Source: Candidatus Eiseniibacteriota bacterium (lineage in GTDB: Bacteria; Eisenbacteria; RBG-16-71-46; JABDJR01; JAWXBZ01). Taken from it: 37,315 nt of DNA. Below the pieces are notes generated by a model. It saw nothing but the letters and a program-made list of their open reading frames with translations, made no database searches and was not told the DNA's origin. The stretch lies in contig JAWXBZ010000205.1 of NCBI GenBank assembly GCA_034440375.1, positions 1 through 37,315 on the forward strand. Direction: 5' to 3'. Below, in pieces: positions 17,712 to 27,312 of this stretch. A program made the translations under genes and the position numbers. Numbering within the stretch: the stretch's first letter is position 1; every line of letters starts with the position of its first letter.

Positions 17712-20221
17712 CCGGCTTTCAGCGCGGCGCTCCTCGCGTCGAATCGATCCGAGAGCCAGTCCAGCGTGGCTTCCCAATCGCGCTGGTCGAGCGGGTAGAG
17801 CATCTCGCTGACCGTGAAATTCAGCCGGTCGAGATCGGCCAGCTTGATCTGCGACAACTGCCTGCGCCATTCCTCTCCAAGGCGATCGGCGAACGAACTT
17901 TTCAGATCCGGCGTTTCGGGACACAGAATGGCCACGCGTCCTTCGCGCACCCAGCAGGGAATGTCGATCTCACGTATCTGGCAGAGGACGAAATCGGTCA
18001 GGGCGAAGCGCGCGCCCTCCAGCCAGTCGCCCCCGTTTGTTTCGGCCATGGCTCGAATTCCCTCGAGGTCCAGCGTGACCAGTGCGAAGGTGCGCTCGTA
18101 GCGATCAGCCCGTTTCATCTCTTCGGCGACCCGTTCCTGAAAGACGGTCCACCGCATGAAGCGGTCGACATCGCCCCCGGGCAGATCTCCCGCTTCCAGG
18201 CGAATCATCGTCTGGCCCAGCAGCCCCACGAGGCGCCGAAGGATGGAGATGTCCTCCGAATCGGCCATCATGGCCGTTTTCGACAGCCGGTACACCGAGA
18301 GCAGGCCGTCGGCAATTCCGGGAATTGGGAAGGCCGCGGCCCAGCACACACCACCCTCGCGGGTCAGGCGATCCTCGAGTTCTGCCGGACAGTCGTCCAG
18401 CGTGGCGGGCCGTGCGAGTCCCAGGGCCACCTGGCCGAATTCCAGGTCGAGAGCCACCAGTTGCAGCCCCTCGGCCTCCCCGATGACACCGTCGGGGCTC
18501 GAAATCTCCAGGTTGTCGGAATCGCGCCGGCGCAACACGGCCAGATCGGCGCTGACGATGTCGGCCGCCGCGGCCACGGCCAGCCGGGAAAGTGCTTCGG
18601 CGCTCTCGGCCGCCAGGAGCTCGCCGGTAAGATCGGACAGGCGGAGCACCTGGCGGGTTCGCCGCATCAACAATTTTTGCGAACGTTCGAATTCCAGCCG
18701 CGATGCCAGCCGCGCCGTGGCGGCGGTCAACGCAGCCAGGCGTTCGGTCCATCCCGGCTCCTCCGCCGGGAGATCCTCGAGCTCGATCAGTCCCATCGGA
18801 CTGGCCGCCGGAAGTGGCAGGAGAATCAACGCGCGGGCCCCTGTCGTCTCGAAATCGCTGGTCAGAATCGTGGGTGTCTTCCGCTCCATGGCGCGGGCCG
18901 AGAACCCGCGATCGGCCATGACCGGCGTCCGCCGAAGGCCCGGGGCAGCGGGCCCGAACTCGGCCGCCACCTCGAGGCGCCGCCCGGTGCCATCCAGCAG
19001 GTAAAGCCGCGCGGCGGCGGCATGAGTGGCCGTGGCCAGTTTGTCGAGCACGGCCTCCAGGCGGGATTCGAGCGGCTGATCCAGGGCCATCAGCGATTCC
19101 ACGGCGATTTCAAGGCTTCGTTCCAGCGATCGATCACCGTCAACGGGCCGGAGCGCTCGCAGCAGGACCTCGGCCACTTCGGAGCCGAAGCGCTCCATCT
19201 GCTCGAGTGAAATGGCCGTGAAGGCGTTGGGGCGTGAGCTGCTCGACACGTTCAGGACGCCGATCGTGCGGTCACCAACCCGGACCGGGGCCACGATGGC
19301 CGACTGGATATCGGAGCGCTCGCGGCCGTTCCGATAACGGGGATCATCGAGCTTGTCGACCAGGATGCGGGCGCGTCCATCGCGCAGGACCTGCCCGGCC
19401 ACGCCGTCGCCACGGCGCTGACTGGTCGTGCGGATGACCACTTCGGACAGCCCGTCCGCAACCACGATTCGGAGATGCTGACCGGACCCGTCCAGCAGCA
19501 TGATGCTGCCGGAGTCGCCCCCGGCTGCTTTGACGGCGATTTCGAGGATCCGCCGAAGCAGCTTCTGCTGATCGCTCGCGAGGTCGAGTGTTTCCGAGAT
19601 CCGACGAAGATCCCCGGCGGCATTCTGGGCCAGATCAAACCAGGCGGGCGTGGTCGTGACCTCCAACTCATAATTACGGGGACGCGGTAGGACGGCAGCA
19701 TTGGAGGCCGCATTCGCGGTGTCATCCTCCGACACGTCCAGCGATTCGAGGGGGTGGCGGACGATTTCAAGGGGGTCGTCCTTCGGCTTCGCGGGTGCGG
19801 GGGTTGGCGCCAGCGATGCCGGTGGTAACGCGTCGGTTGCCATCGCCCCGGGCAGTGGCAGGACCCAGGTGCTGGGCACGTCGCTTGCGTCGTCCTCGTC
19901 CGCGATACCAAGCAAGGCGGCCATTTCCCGACACGTCAAGATACTGGCCAGCGCCGGACCCAGAATCTTGCAGATATCCACCTGCAGGTCAGGTCGGTCA
20001 TCCGGGATCACGATGATGTCGCAAGGGTAGCGCCGAAAAAGCGTCAGGTCACCGGACGCGGGGATCTCGAGAATCTCGGCCATCTTGACGGCGCAGGAAG
20101 CCGGGTTGGCATCCACGACGAGTTCCGGACGAAAGCCGTCCCTGCGGGTCACTTCCGAAAACAGGTCGAGCTGCCGATCGGGCAGGCAGAGAAAGCCGAC
20201 TTTGCGCACAACGGACGGCAT
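17708..20221 (-). CDS. Multi-GAF signalling protein with N-terminal Rossmann-like domain and degenerate GGDEF domain
   Basis: GAF motifs (GSIMLLD...GDGVAGQV...SAIVAPVRVGDRTIGVLNV) plus two weaker GAF-like units; C-terminal FQERVAEEMKRADRYERTFALVTLDL...REID IPCWV REGRV AILCPET. Confidence 0.82.
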   Translation of the reverse strand: MPSVVRKVGFLCLPDRQLDLFSEVTRRDGFRPELVVDANPASCAVKMAEILEIPASGDLTLFRRYPCDIIVIPDDRPDLQVDICKILGPALASILTCREMAALLGIADEDDASDVPSTWVLPLPGAMATDALPPASLAPTPAPAKPKDDPLEIVRHPLESLDVSEDDTANAASNAAVLPRPRNYELEVTTTPAWFDLAQNAAGDLRRISETLDLASDQQKLLRRILEIAVKAAGGDSGSIMLLDGSGQHLRIVVADGLSEVVIRTTSQRRGDGVAGQVLRDGRARILVDKLDDPRYRNGRERSDIQSAIVAPVRVGDRTIGVLNVSSSSRPNAFTAISLEQMERFGSEVAEVLLRALRPVDGDRSLERSLEIAVESLMALDQPLESRLEAVLDKLATATHAAAARLYLLDGTGRRLEVAAEFGPAAPGLRRTPVMADRGFSARAMERKTPTILTSDFETTGARALILLPLPAASPMGLIELEDLPAEEPGWTERLAALTAATARLASRLEFERSQKLLMRRTRQVLRLSDLTGELLAAESAEALSRLAVAAAADIVSADLAVLRRRDSDNLEISSPDGVIGEAEGLQLVALDLEFGQVALGLARPATLDDCPAELEDRLTREGGVCWAAAFPIPGIADGLLSVYRLSKTAMMADSEDISILRRLVGLLGQTMIRLEAGDLPGGDVDRFMRWTVFQERVAEEMKRADRYERTFALVTLDLEGIRAMAETNGGDWLEGARFALTDFVLCQIREIDIPCWVREGRVAILCPETPDLKSSFADRLGEEWRRQLSQIKLADLDRLNFTVSEMLYPLDQRDWEATLDWLSDRFDARSAALKAG

Positions 20222-20357
20222 GAGGCAGTTCTCCCGCGGATGGGTTTTCGTCAACAGATCGGCAGGGCCGGCCGAAAATGGAGTTGAAAAGGGCAGGTGA
20301 CTGGGCCGCCTCGCCGCCGGGGCTTATAATGCCCGCCCACGACCATCAAGGAGTCCC

Positions 20358-21836
20358 ATGTCCGAACTGCCCATCACGGCCGAAAATCGCGTGGCCCCCC
20401 CCGAGGAACGCCGGATCGGGCGGAAGGGGCGTGTCTTCGTCAACCGAAACCTCCGTCTGCCAAGCCTCGGGGCCATCGGCTTCGACCTGGACCATACGCT
20501 GGCCCACTATGATCCCATTCCGGTGGAGACACTGGCCTTCAACGTGACCAAGCAGAAGCTGGTCGTGCACAAGGGGTACCCCGCCGTCATCCTTGAGTAC
20601 GAGTACGACCCCCGCTTCGTCATCCGCGGGCTGGTCATCGACAAGAAGCGCGGCAACATCATCAAGATGAACTATCACAGTTACGTGGCGCGCGCGTACC
20701 ACGGTCGCACGGAACTCCACACCGACGCGCGCAAGAAGCAGTATCACCAGCGGCCCATCCACCTGTCGAATACCGGTGGCTACGCCTCCGTGGATACCCT
20801 TTTTCATCTGCCGGAGGTCTATCTCTATCTCCTCCTGGTCGAGCTGAACCAGGCCATGCCCAAGCGTGACCGCCGTTCGTTCTCGCAGATTTACACCGAC
20901 GTGCGCGAGATGATCGACGAGGCCCACCGCGACGGCACGATCAAGACCGTCATCGTTGCGGATCCGGCGAAGTATCTGAAGCCCGATCCCCGCATGGCCG
21001 CCACGCTGGAACACTTCCGTTCCGCCGGCAAGAAGCTGTTCCTGCTCACCAATTCGGAGTACGGCTACACCGATGTCCTTCTGTCTTTCCTCCTGAACAG
21101 CCACCTGGGCGAGCGCGCCAGCTGGCGCGAATTCTTCGACCTGATCATCGTCGATGCCCGCAAGCCCGAGTTCTTCACCCACCGCGAAGACGACGAGCCG
21201 GAGCGTCAGCACGAGGGGATGTCCGGCCCCGCCATCTGGTCGGGCGGTGGGGTACGGTTCCTCGAGGAACGCCTCGGCTACCAGGGAGATCGCATACTCT
21301 ATTTCGGCGACCACACCTACGGCGACATCCTGCGTTCCAAGAAATCAGTCGGGTGGCGTACCGCCATGGTCATCGAGGAGCTGGAGCGCGAAATGAGTGT
21401 CCTCGAATCCATCCGACCCAAACTGGATCGGCTCGGCAAGTTGACCACCCTGCGGGAGCGACTGGACGCCGACATGGCGTTCGTCCGCCGTGAACGAAAC
21501 AAGCTGGCATTGATCGCCGATAACCTGGGCGGCTCCGACGCCGCCGTCGTGGCCAAAGTGCAGTCACGCCTCGGCCGTCGCGAAGATGAACTCCGCCGCA
21601 TGAACGACGAACTCCAGAACGCCATCATGGAATCGCGCCTCCTCCGCCGCGAAACCAACCAGGCCTTCAACAGCTTCTGGGGCTCCATCTTCCGCGAAGG
21701 CAACGAAACCAGCCGCTTCGGCCACCAGGTCGAAGACTTCGCCTGCCTCTACACCGCCCGGGTCTCCAACTTCGTGAATTACCCGGCTTCGCAGTATTTC
21801 GAGGCACCGATCCGGCTGCTGCCGCACGAGATTTAG
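20358..21836 (+). CDS. HAD-IG family 5'-nucleotidase (cN-II-like)
   Basis: GFDLDHTLAHY (motif I), LLTNS, DARKPEFF, YFGDHTYGDI, GWRTAMVIEEL and C-terminal LPHE; AAGGAG RBS; TATAAT at 20325-20330. Confidence 0.93.
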   Translation: MSELPITAENRVAPPEERRIGRKGRVFVNRNLRLPSLGAIGFDLDHTLAHYDPIPVETLAFNVTKQKLVVHKGYPAVILEYEYDPRFVIRGLVIDKKRGNIIKMNYHSYVARAYHGRTELHTDARKKQYHQRPIHLSNTGGYASVDTLFHLPEVYLYLLLVELNQAMPKRDRRSFSQIYTDVREMIDEAHRDGTIKTVIVADPAKYLKPDPRMAATLEHFRSAGKKLFLLTNSEYGYTDVLLSFLLNSHLGERASWREFFDLIIVDARKPEFFTHREDDEPERQHEGMSGPAIWSGGGVRFLEERLGYQGDRILYFGDHTYGDILRSKKSVGWRTAMVIEELEREMSVLESIRPKLDRLGKLTTLRERLDADMAFVRRERNKLALIADNLGGSDAAVVAKVQSRLGRREDELRRMNDELQNAIMESRLLRRETNQAFNSFWGSIFREGNETSRFGHQVEDFACLYTARVSNFVNYPASQYFEAPIRLLPHEI

Positions 21837-21969
21837 GCGGTCGATCGCGCCGCCACCGATGCGCCGGAGCTGGGCGCCCGCCAGATCGCGCAGCGCCGAG
21901 GTTTGAACCTTGAATCCCTGCGACTTTGTAACCGGGGTTCGAGACACATCTGTTAACTTAGGAGAGCTG

Positions 21970-22494
21970 ATGAGCCCGACATCCGCGACATCATCCAGCT
22001 CAAGACTCGCTGCTTGCGCACTTGTTTTGTTGTCACATCTCACATTGTGCCAGCAGACTGCCAACTGCGAAAGTCAGCTTCCGGATAGCTGCGCAGATGA
22101 CGCGGGCTCAAACAGCACAATTTTTTCGCAGCTCAAGGCCAGCCGTCTCTTGCCTCGCGAACTGACGACTGCCCAGCGGTTGACGCTCATTGAGGATGAC
22201 ATCGCCGTTCTTGAAGCACTGGCAGAAACGAGGCCGAGTACTGAGGTATTTGTACTGCTCGCGGACCGATATTCTGGAAAGGCATTTTGCTTTCCGAGGG
22301 ACTCCGCCACGTCAACGGAGTATCGAGAGTACAACTGTCGGGCGGCCGAAGTTTTACTCCGAGCAAGGACCATGACCAGGGATCCCGCGACTCAGAATGG
22401 ATTACTCAGCATGGCAGGCTATCGATTTTCGTTGGGTGGCAATTGGGAGAAGGCAAAACAGTGCTATCAAGAGCTTGCTGATTCCCGCAACTAG
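21970..22494 (+). CDS. Hypothetical exported protein with TPR-like C-terminus
   Basis: AGGAG RBS, hydrophobic N-region, AGYRFSLGGNWEKAKQCYQEL TPR-like helix pair; codon usage atypical for the window. Confidence 0.55.
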   Translation: MSPTSATSSSSRLAACALVLLSHLTLCQQTANCESQLPDSCADDAGSNSTIFSQLKASRLLPRELTTAQRLTLIEDDIAVLEALAETRPSTEVFVLLADRYSGKAFCFPRDSATSTEYREYNCRAAEVLLRARTMTRDPATQNGLLSMAGYRFSLGGNWEKAKQCYQELADSRN

Positions 22495-22657
22495 ACTGAG
22501 ATCGAGTATCGTCCGGCCTGTGGCGAGTGAGTCAATCGTCGCGTTCTCCAATTCGCGTATCGATGCCATGAGGCCGAAATCATCCCGCCCACGGGCGGCG
22601 ATGAGAACGAATAGATCGAACTGGTTGAATCGCCCCGGAATTCGCCACGGTCGGAAG

Positions 22658-24112
22658 ATGAAGAATCGAATGCGCGAGCGCTCCCTGGCAGCTACCTTCA
22701 GAGTCTGCCTTCTCACCGCGACCATTCTTGGCTCATTCTCGGGAGTCTCCCTCGCCGGTCCGAATGCCGATGCCAAGATTCTCATTCATCTTCTGGCGCC
22801 GACGACCAAGGGTCCGTGCACCAGGGCCGAGGCCACGCCACCCTGCTCGAGCATTGTGACTGCCGGGGATCTCTATCCGGCGACCTACTTCGCGTACGTA
22901 CTCGTGACCGACGCCGATTCAGTCGCCGGCGTGGCTGGCGTTCAGTTTGGCATCGGCTATGACGACGTGGCTCAGTCAGGCATAGATATCTACAGCTGGA
23001 CGAATTGCGCGACTCTGGAGTTTGCTGAACCTGGCTGGCCCGGTTCTGGTACTGGAAACCTGGTGACCTGGAACAATGTCCAATCTTGCCAGCGATCGGA
23101 GCCGGAGGGATCTGGCACTGGAGTTAAGACTGTTGTTGGGTATCTCTATTGTGCGGCCTATTCAGCGGATACCCTAAGAATCACTCTTCGGTCAGTTGAC
23201 AGTGTTGCCGCAGTAGCAGCCTGTGACTCACGCGTCGATACCTTGGATACCCCAGCACTGTTCAGCAACCCATATCCACTCGGGTTCGCAACCTTCGAAT
23301 CAGGCGCTGAGCTCGACGGCTACAATCCTTGCGGCCCCAACGCGGGGCAAGGTTTCCGCTCTCCATCACCACCAACTGAGCCCCGTGCTCAAGCAGAGCT
23401 ACACTCAAGCCAGTTCGATCCACTAAATCCACCAATTGAACTCCCACACGTCGTGACCGTTTCTGAGCAGCACTCATTTATTATTCATGGCCATATCTTT
23501 GAGGAAGGCGAAGAGCTAGAGTTTGCCTACGATCCGGACACCCAGCGACTCACTGCCAATGGCATTCTAGCCCTCGACTACAGCCCACCAGAGCCCGCTA
23601 TGGACGGCTCACCAGGCGAACTCTGGATGAGCGCGTTCATCGAGACGTTTCTCCTGGCTCCGGAGGGGACCGCGCCACGGGACCGAGCTCAGCGCGCAAT
23701 TGAGATCGTCGACAAGACAGGCTTGAATCCAGACTTCAAGCCAATCGCGTCGGATGGTTCCGCGAAAGTCTGGTTCGGTGAAGATGCTGATCCGACGATT
23801 CTCATGTACCCACGTCCTGCCCCTTCTGAGGAAGAGCGCTTTCTCACAGCCGCCGCCGATGCGACCGGCCTGGTGAAGTTCATCCAAGGCCAGTCGAAGA
23901 ATGAGCGACAGGCATTTGTCTGGCTCCTGGGAGAGGGGCACATTGAATACTACTGGGGCGACAAGGCCGTGCGCGTACCAGATTTCATTTCACGTGCGAC
24001 TCAAACATCTTTTTCATTGAGTGAGGGTGAAAGAAATGTGGCCTCCGATCTCAACATCACCGACGCGGATCTTGAGCGAATCATCAGCGTGGCCCGGGGA
24101 GGTGGGAAGTGA
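22658..24112 (+). CDS. Secreted protein with Cys-containing beta-sandwich N-domain and unrelated C-terminal domain
   Basis: Signal peptide ending VSLA-GPNADAKILIHL; paired cysteines; long open frame. Start at 22658 or 22670 rather than 22397. Confidence 0.7.
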   Translation: MKNRMRERSLAATFRVCLLTATILGSFSGVSLAGPNADAKILIHLLAPTTKGPCTRAEATPPCSSIVTAGDLYPATYFAYVLVTDADSVAGVAGVQFGIGYDDVAQSGIDIYSWTNCATLEFAEPGWPGSGTGNLVTWNNVQSCQRSEPEGSGTGVKTVVGYLYCAAYSADTLRITLRSVDSVAAVAACDSRVDTLDTPALFSNPYPLGFATFESGAELDGYNPCGPNAGQGFRSPSPPTEPRAQAELHSSQFDPLNPPIELPHVVTVSEQHSFIIHGHIFEEGEELEFAYDPDTQRLTANGILALDYSPPEPAMDGSPGELWMSAFIETFLLAPEGTAPRDRAQRAIEIVDKTGLNPDFKPIASDGSAKVWFGEDADPTILMYPRPAPSEEERFLTAAADATGLVKFIQGQSKNERQAFVWLLGEGHIEYYWGDKAVRVPDFISRATQTSFSLSEGERNVASDLNITDADLERIISVARGGGK

Positions 24113-24114
24113 GC

Positions 24115-24282
24115 ATGATTCGACGCGCGGCAATGCTCATTATATTTGCAGCGGCCCACGCTTCGCAATCGTGGGATGGTAAAGACTCATCGCGCGATCA
24201 CTGCGCCGCTTGTGTGTTTTTTCTCCGAGTTTGCGATGGCTCTGGAAACGTCGTTACGAAACGTGCTGTTCTCGTACGATGA
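24115..24282 (+). CDS. 55-aa signal-peptide-bearing ORF, possibly a truncated remnant
   Basis: MIRRAAMLIIFAAAHASQSWDG...VLVR*; in-frame GTG overlaps the upstream stop (GTGA); GGAGG upstream. Confidence 0.35.
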   Translation: MIRRAAMLIIFAAAHASQSWDGKDSSRDHCAACVFFLRVCDGSGNVVTKRAVLVR

Positions 24283-24307
24283 AAGGTGAGATTCGAGTGA
24301 GGTTCAT

Positions 24308-24688
24308 ATGACCAGTCATCTGCGCAGACTCTTGTCAGCCGTTTTCCTTTTGATTGCCTTCGCTTGCGACGATGATGAGGATGATGACAAGATTAGCGAC
24401 TCGGCGATCATGCTTCGGGGCGCGGTCACAGTATTGGCGTCCGGTCAACCGATCAGTGGCGCAAGCCTTTTTCACAAGAGATCGGCGAGCGAGTCATTCG
24501 AACGGATTGGCTTCTCCGGCGCAGGCGGTGACTATTCCGTTCAGATATTTGGTGCGACTGCACCATTTGGACTAATGTACGCAAGCGCCCAGGACCTGAG
24601 ATCGGATACGTTGAACATAGCGACATCCAGCACTTCTGACACCCTGCCAGGTGTCTATCGGCTCACCTTTGCACTGCGCTCCAACTGA
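24308..24688 (+). CDS. Lipoprotein with carboxypeptidase-regulatory-like beta-sandwich
   Basis: Lipobox IAFAC, acidic DDDEDDDK tether, LRGAVTVLASGQPISGA...SGAGGDYSV motif; GAGG RBS. Confidence 0.72.
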   Translation: MTSHLRRLLSAVFLLIAFACDDDEDDDKISDSAIMLRGAVTVLASGQPISGASLFHKRSASESFERIGFSGAGGDYSVQIFGATAPFGLMYASAQDLRSDTLNIATSSTSDTLPGVYRLTFALRSN

Positions 24689-24693
24689 CTGAC

Positions 24694-24860
24694 TGTCCCT
24701 CCCGAAGACTTCACCGCACCTGATGTGACTTAGCCCACCTTGCCAGGCATTGTCTCCGGCTCCCTTCGACACCTGTGACCCGCACGCAGAGGGCCACTTC
24801 AATGACCCCGTTCCTCAGCTCCTTCGTGGCTTTCATCGCGGGGCTGGTCCGGTCCGGGGA
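24694..24860 (+). mobile_element. Probable insertion-sequence left-end remnant (TGT terminus, integrase-core/IS481-like)
   Basis: TGTCCCTCCCGAAGACTTCA resembles IS terminal repeats from memory. It is followed at 24802 by MTPFLSSFVAFIAGLVRS, like the hydrophobic N-terminus of integrase-core transposases, which then breaks off. No DDE domain or partner end seen. Confidence 0.4.
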
Positions 24861-25031
24861 GCGGGATGCCTGTCACCTCAGGCAGCCCGAGCGAATACGG
24901 CCCCTCGAGCCGCGCCCAGGGTCGGACGCCCCGCCCAGCGAGCGAACCACCACCCCAAAGTTTATGTAAACCGGTCATCTGGTCCGCCGGACGAGACTTC
25001 AGTCATTTCGGCGGTGGGCGGGATAGCCTCC

Positions 25032-25061
25032 TTGCCACCCCTCCAAACCCCCTGATACGCT
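25032..25061 (+). promoter_or_regulatory. Sigma70-type promoter of tdh (leaderless arrangement)
   Basis: TTGCCA-18 nt-TACGCT with extended TG; ATG follows 6 nt after the -10; no SD. Confidence 0.55.
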
Positions 25062-25067
25062 TCTAGT

Positions 25068-26153
25068 ATGCCGACGACCACGACCGCGCTTGCCGAGCCG
25101 CCGCCGACCACCATCCCCCGGACCATGCGGGCCATTGTCAAGGAGACGGCGGCGCCGGGGCTTGTTCTTCGGGAAGTGGCGGTGCCGAGCATCGGGCCCA
25201 ACGAGGTCCTGCTAAAGATTGAAGCCGCTTCGATTTGCGGGACCGACCTTCATATCTATAACTGGAATGACTGGGCTCAGAATCGGATCAAGCCCCCGTT
25301 GATCATTGGGCATGAGTGCTGTGGGCGGGTGGTGGCGCGGGGGAGTCATGTCGAGGGGTTGGCGATGGGGCAGCGGGTGGCGGTGGAAACCCATGTTGTC
25401 TGCGGGGTTTGCCATCCCTGCCGGACCGGGAACGCGCATGTCTGCGTGGCCACGAAGATCATTGGCGTGGATCAGCCGGGGTGCTGGGCGGAGTATCTCC
25501 GGATCCCGGCTTCGAACTGCTGGCCGCTGTCGGACGACATTCCCTCGAAGATAGGGACGATCCTGGAACCGTACGGGAATGCGGTGCATACAGCGTTCGC
25601 CGGGCCGATTGCGGCGCGGCAGGTTCTGGTGACGGGGTGCGGGCCGATCGGCCTTTTTTCGATCGCGGTGGCCCGTGCGGCCGGGGCAGCCAGGGTGTTC
25701 GCCACCGATGTCGTTGATTTCAAGCTCGATATGGCGCGGACGATGGGGGCCGACGGCGTTTTCCGCGTCGATGAGCCCGGCGTCGAGGAAGCCATCCGGA
25801 AGGCCACCGGGGGCGAGGGTGTTGATTGCGTACTCGAAATGTCCGGCGCACCAGCCGGTGTGAACTTCGGTCTGAAACTTCTGCGCATGGGTGGATGGAT
25901 CGGCCTCCTGGGCCTGCCGAAGAAACCGTTCGAAATCGATGTGACCCGCGACATCATCTTCAAGGGGGTTACGGTTCACGGCATCATCGGTCGTCGGATG
26001 TACGACACTTGGTACCAGGGAACGGCGCTCATTGCCGACCGCGGACTCGATCTGAGTCCGGTCATCACTCACGAACTCCCGCTCGACCGATTCGAAGAGG
26101 GGTTCGCCGCCATGACGGCCGGCAAGGCCGGCAAGGTCATTCTTTATCCCTGA
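25068..26153 (+). CDS. tdh: L-threonine 3-dehydrogenase
   Basis: SICGTDLHIYNWNDWAQNRIKPPLIIGHE, CGVCHPCRTGNAHVC, EPYGNAVHTA, GCGPIGL, LEMSGAP and GIIGRRMYDTWYQ. Confidence 0.95.
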   Translation: MPTTTTALAEPPPTTIPRTMRAIVKETAAPGLVLREVAVPSIGPNEVLLKIEAASICGTDLHIYNWNDWAQNRIKPPLIIGHECCGRVVARGSHVEGLAMGQRVAVETHVVCGVCHPCRTGNAHVCVATKIIGVDQPGCWAEYLRIPASNCWPLSDDIPSKIGTILEPYGNAVHTAFAGPIAARQVLVTGCGPIGLFSIAVARAAGAARVFATDVVDFKLDMARTMGADGVFRVDEPGVEEAIRKATGGEGVDCVLEMSGAPAGVNFGLKLLRMGGWIGLLGLPKKPFEIDVTRDIIFKGVTVHGIIGRRMYDTWYQGTALIADRGLDLSPVITHELPLDRFEEGFAAMTAGKAGKVILYP

Positions 26154-26163
26154 CGCGTCCCGC

Positions 26164-27312
26164 ATGATTCGATTCCGAATCGATGGCACTGCCTTTGCCG
26201 GCTTGCTTCTGGCCGCCCTTGTGATGATCGTCGCGCCCACGGCCAACGCCGTGCCCCGCATCGTCAGCCAGACGAAACTGACCGGCGTGCCGGGCACGAT
26301 AGTGGCCTGGCATGATTCGGTGGTCTACACCCTCGGCCGCGATCCGAAGAACGCCCCGGCCCTGATCCAGTACTGGCCGGATACCGGCATCAGCGCACCG
26401 ATCCCGCTCGGTACGCGCGGCATCGGCGAACTCCTGTCCGTTGCTCCGGACGGTCGCACCCTCCTTGTTTGCGAAACCGACTCGACCGGTGTCCATCGAC
26501 TTCAGACGACCATGCTGCCGGCGTCGGCGCCCGCGTCCGGTGGACACGCTGTTTTCTGGATCGACCAAATCCCGGTGACCGATGCCGATCCGCATGTCAC
26601 TTGGTACGGTGATTCCAAGACCTTCCTGTACCAGGACATTCTCGACGACCGGAAGTCGACCCCATCCGTCTTCCGCTTCCGGCCAGGGGAACAGCTGCCG
26701 AAACTCTACCTCTTCGGCTGCAGTCGCCCGCTGCTGGCCCCCACAGGGGATGCGGTCGTCTGCGTCGGCGTTGACACGCTGGAGCCCGGTCAGGCCCGCG
26801 ATCTGGAGTCGCGCCAGCCGGTCGGCATGGAAGACTTGAAGACCGGCGATTTTCACTGGGTCGCTCCGCTCCGTACCTGGGTACCGAATCATGCCGGCTG
26901 GTCGCCGGACGGCAACCGGATCGCCCTGATCGGCTACGCGATTGATTCCACGGCCACCGCCACCCGCCGACTCTACATCCACTCGCGCATCACCCGCGCC
27001 AATACGATCGTTGATCTTGCGGGCGATGACCGGCGTCCGGATCGCGATCACTCCCAGGACATTGCGGCCTGGTCGCCGGATGGCAACTGGATCGCCGTGG
27101 CCAAACTCGGCCCCCGCTTCGGTGAACCGAACAACAAAGGGGGCGTCTGGATCGTGACCAAGAGTGGCCAGGGAAACACCCTCCTGGTTCCGACCGAAGG
27201 GGTGTGGCGGGGCAACCCGATCTGGACCGGACCGAAGACGTTTCTCATCGGGGACCAGGAGCCGGCGCCCGGCCTCGATCGACTCTACTGGTTGGTCGAG
27301 ATCGCGGGCTGA
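26164..27312 (+). CDS. Secreted TolB/PD40-like beta-propeller protein
   Basis: Signal peptide ending ANA; repeated VAPDGRTL, WYGDSKTF, WSPDGNRIA and WSPDGNWIA blades. Confidence 0.8.
   Translation: MIRFRIDGTAFAGLLLAALVMIVAPTANAVPRIVSQTKLTGVPGTIVAWHDSVVYTLGRDPKNAPALIQYWPDTGISAPIPLGTRGIGELLSVAPDGRTLLVCETDSTGVHRLQTTMLPASAPASGGHAVFWIDQIPVTDADPHVTWYGDSKTFLYQDILDDRKSTPSVFRFRPGEQLPKLYLFGCSRPLLAPTGDAVVCVGVDTLEPGQARDLESRQPVGMEDLKTGDFHWVAPLRTWVPNHAGWSPDGNRIALIGYAIDSTATATRRLYIHSRITRANTIVDLAGDDRRPDRDHSQDIAAWSPDGNWIAVAKLGPRFGEPNNKGGVWIVTKSGQGNTLLVPTEGVWRGNPIWTGPKTFLIGDQEPAPGLDRLYWLVEIAG

Noticed and set aside
4200-21836. UDG, tdk, Fpg and 5'-nucleotidase as a DNA-repair or salvage island
   Set aside because: Scattered over 17 kb in different transcription units; ordinary housekeeping dispersion.
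21925-21950. tRNA-like GGTTCGA at the islet's left border
   Set aside because: No complementary T-stem, cloverleaf or CCA end.
22397-22657. Upstream extension or frameshift fusion of the TPR ORF with the 22658 protein
   Set aside because: The downstream protein has its own signal peptide, and the extension has no RBS or recognisable features.
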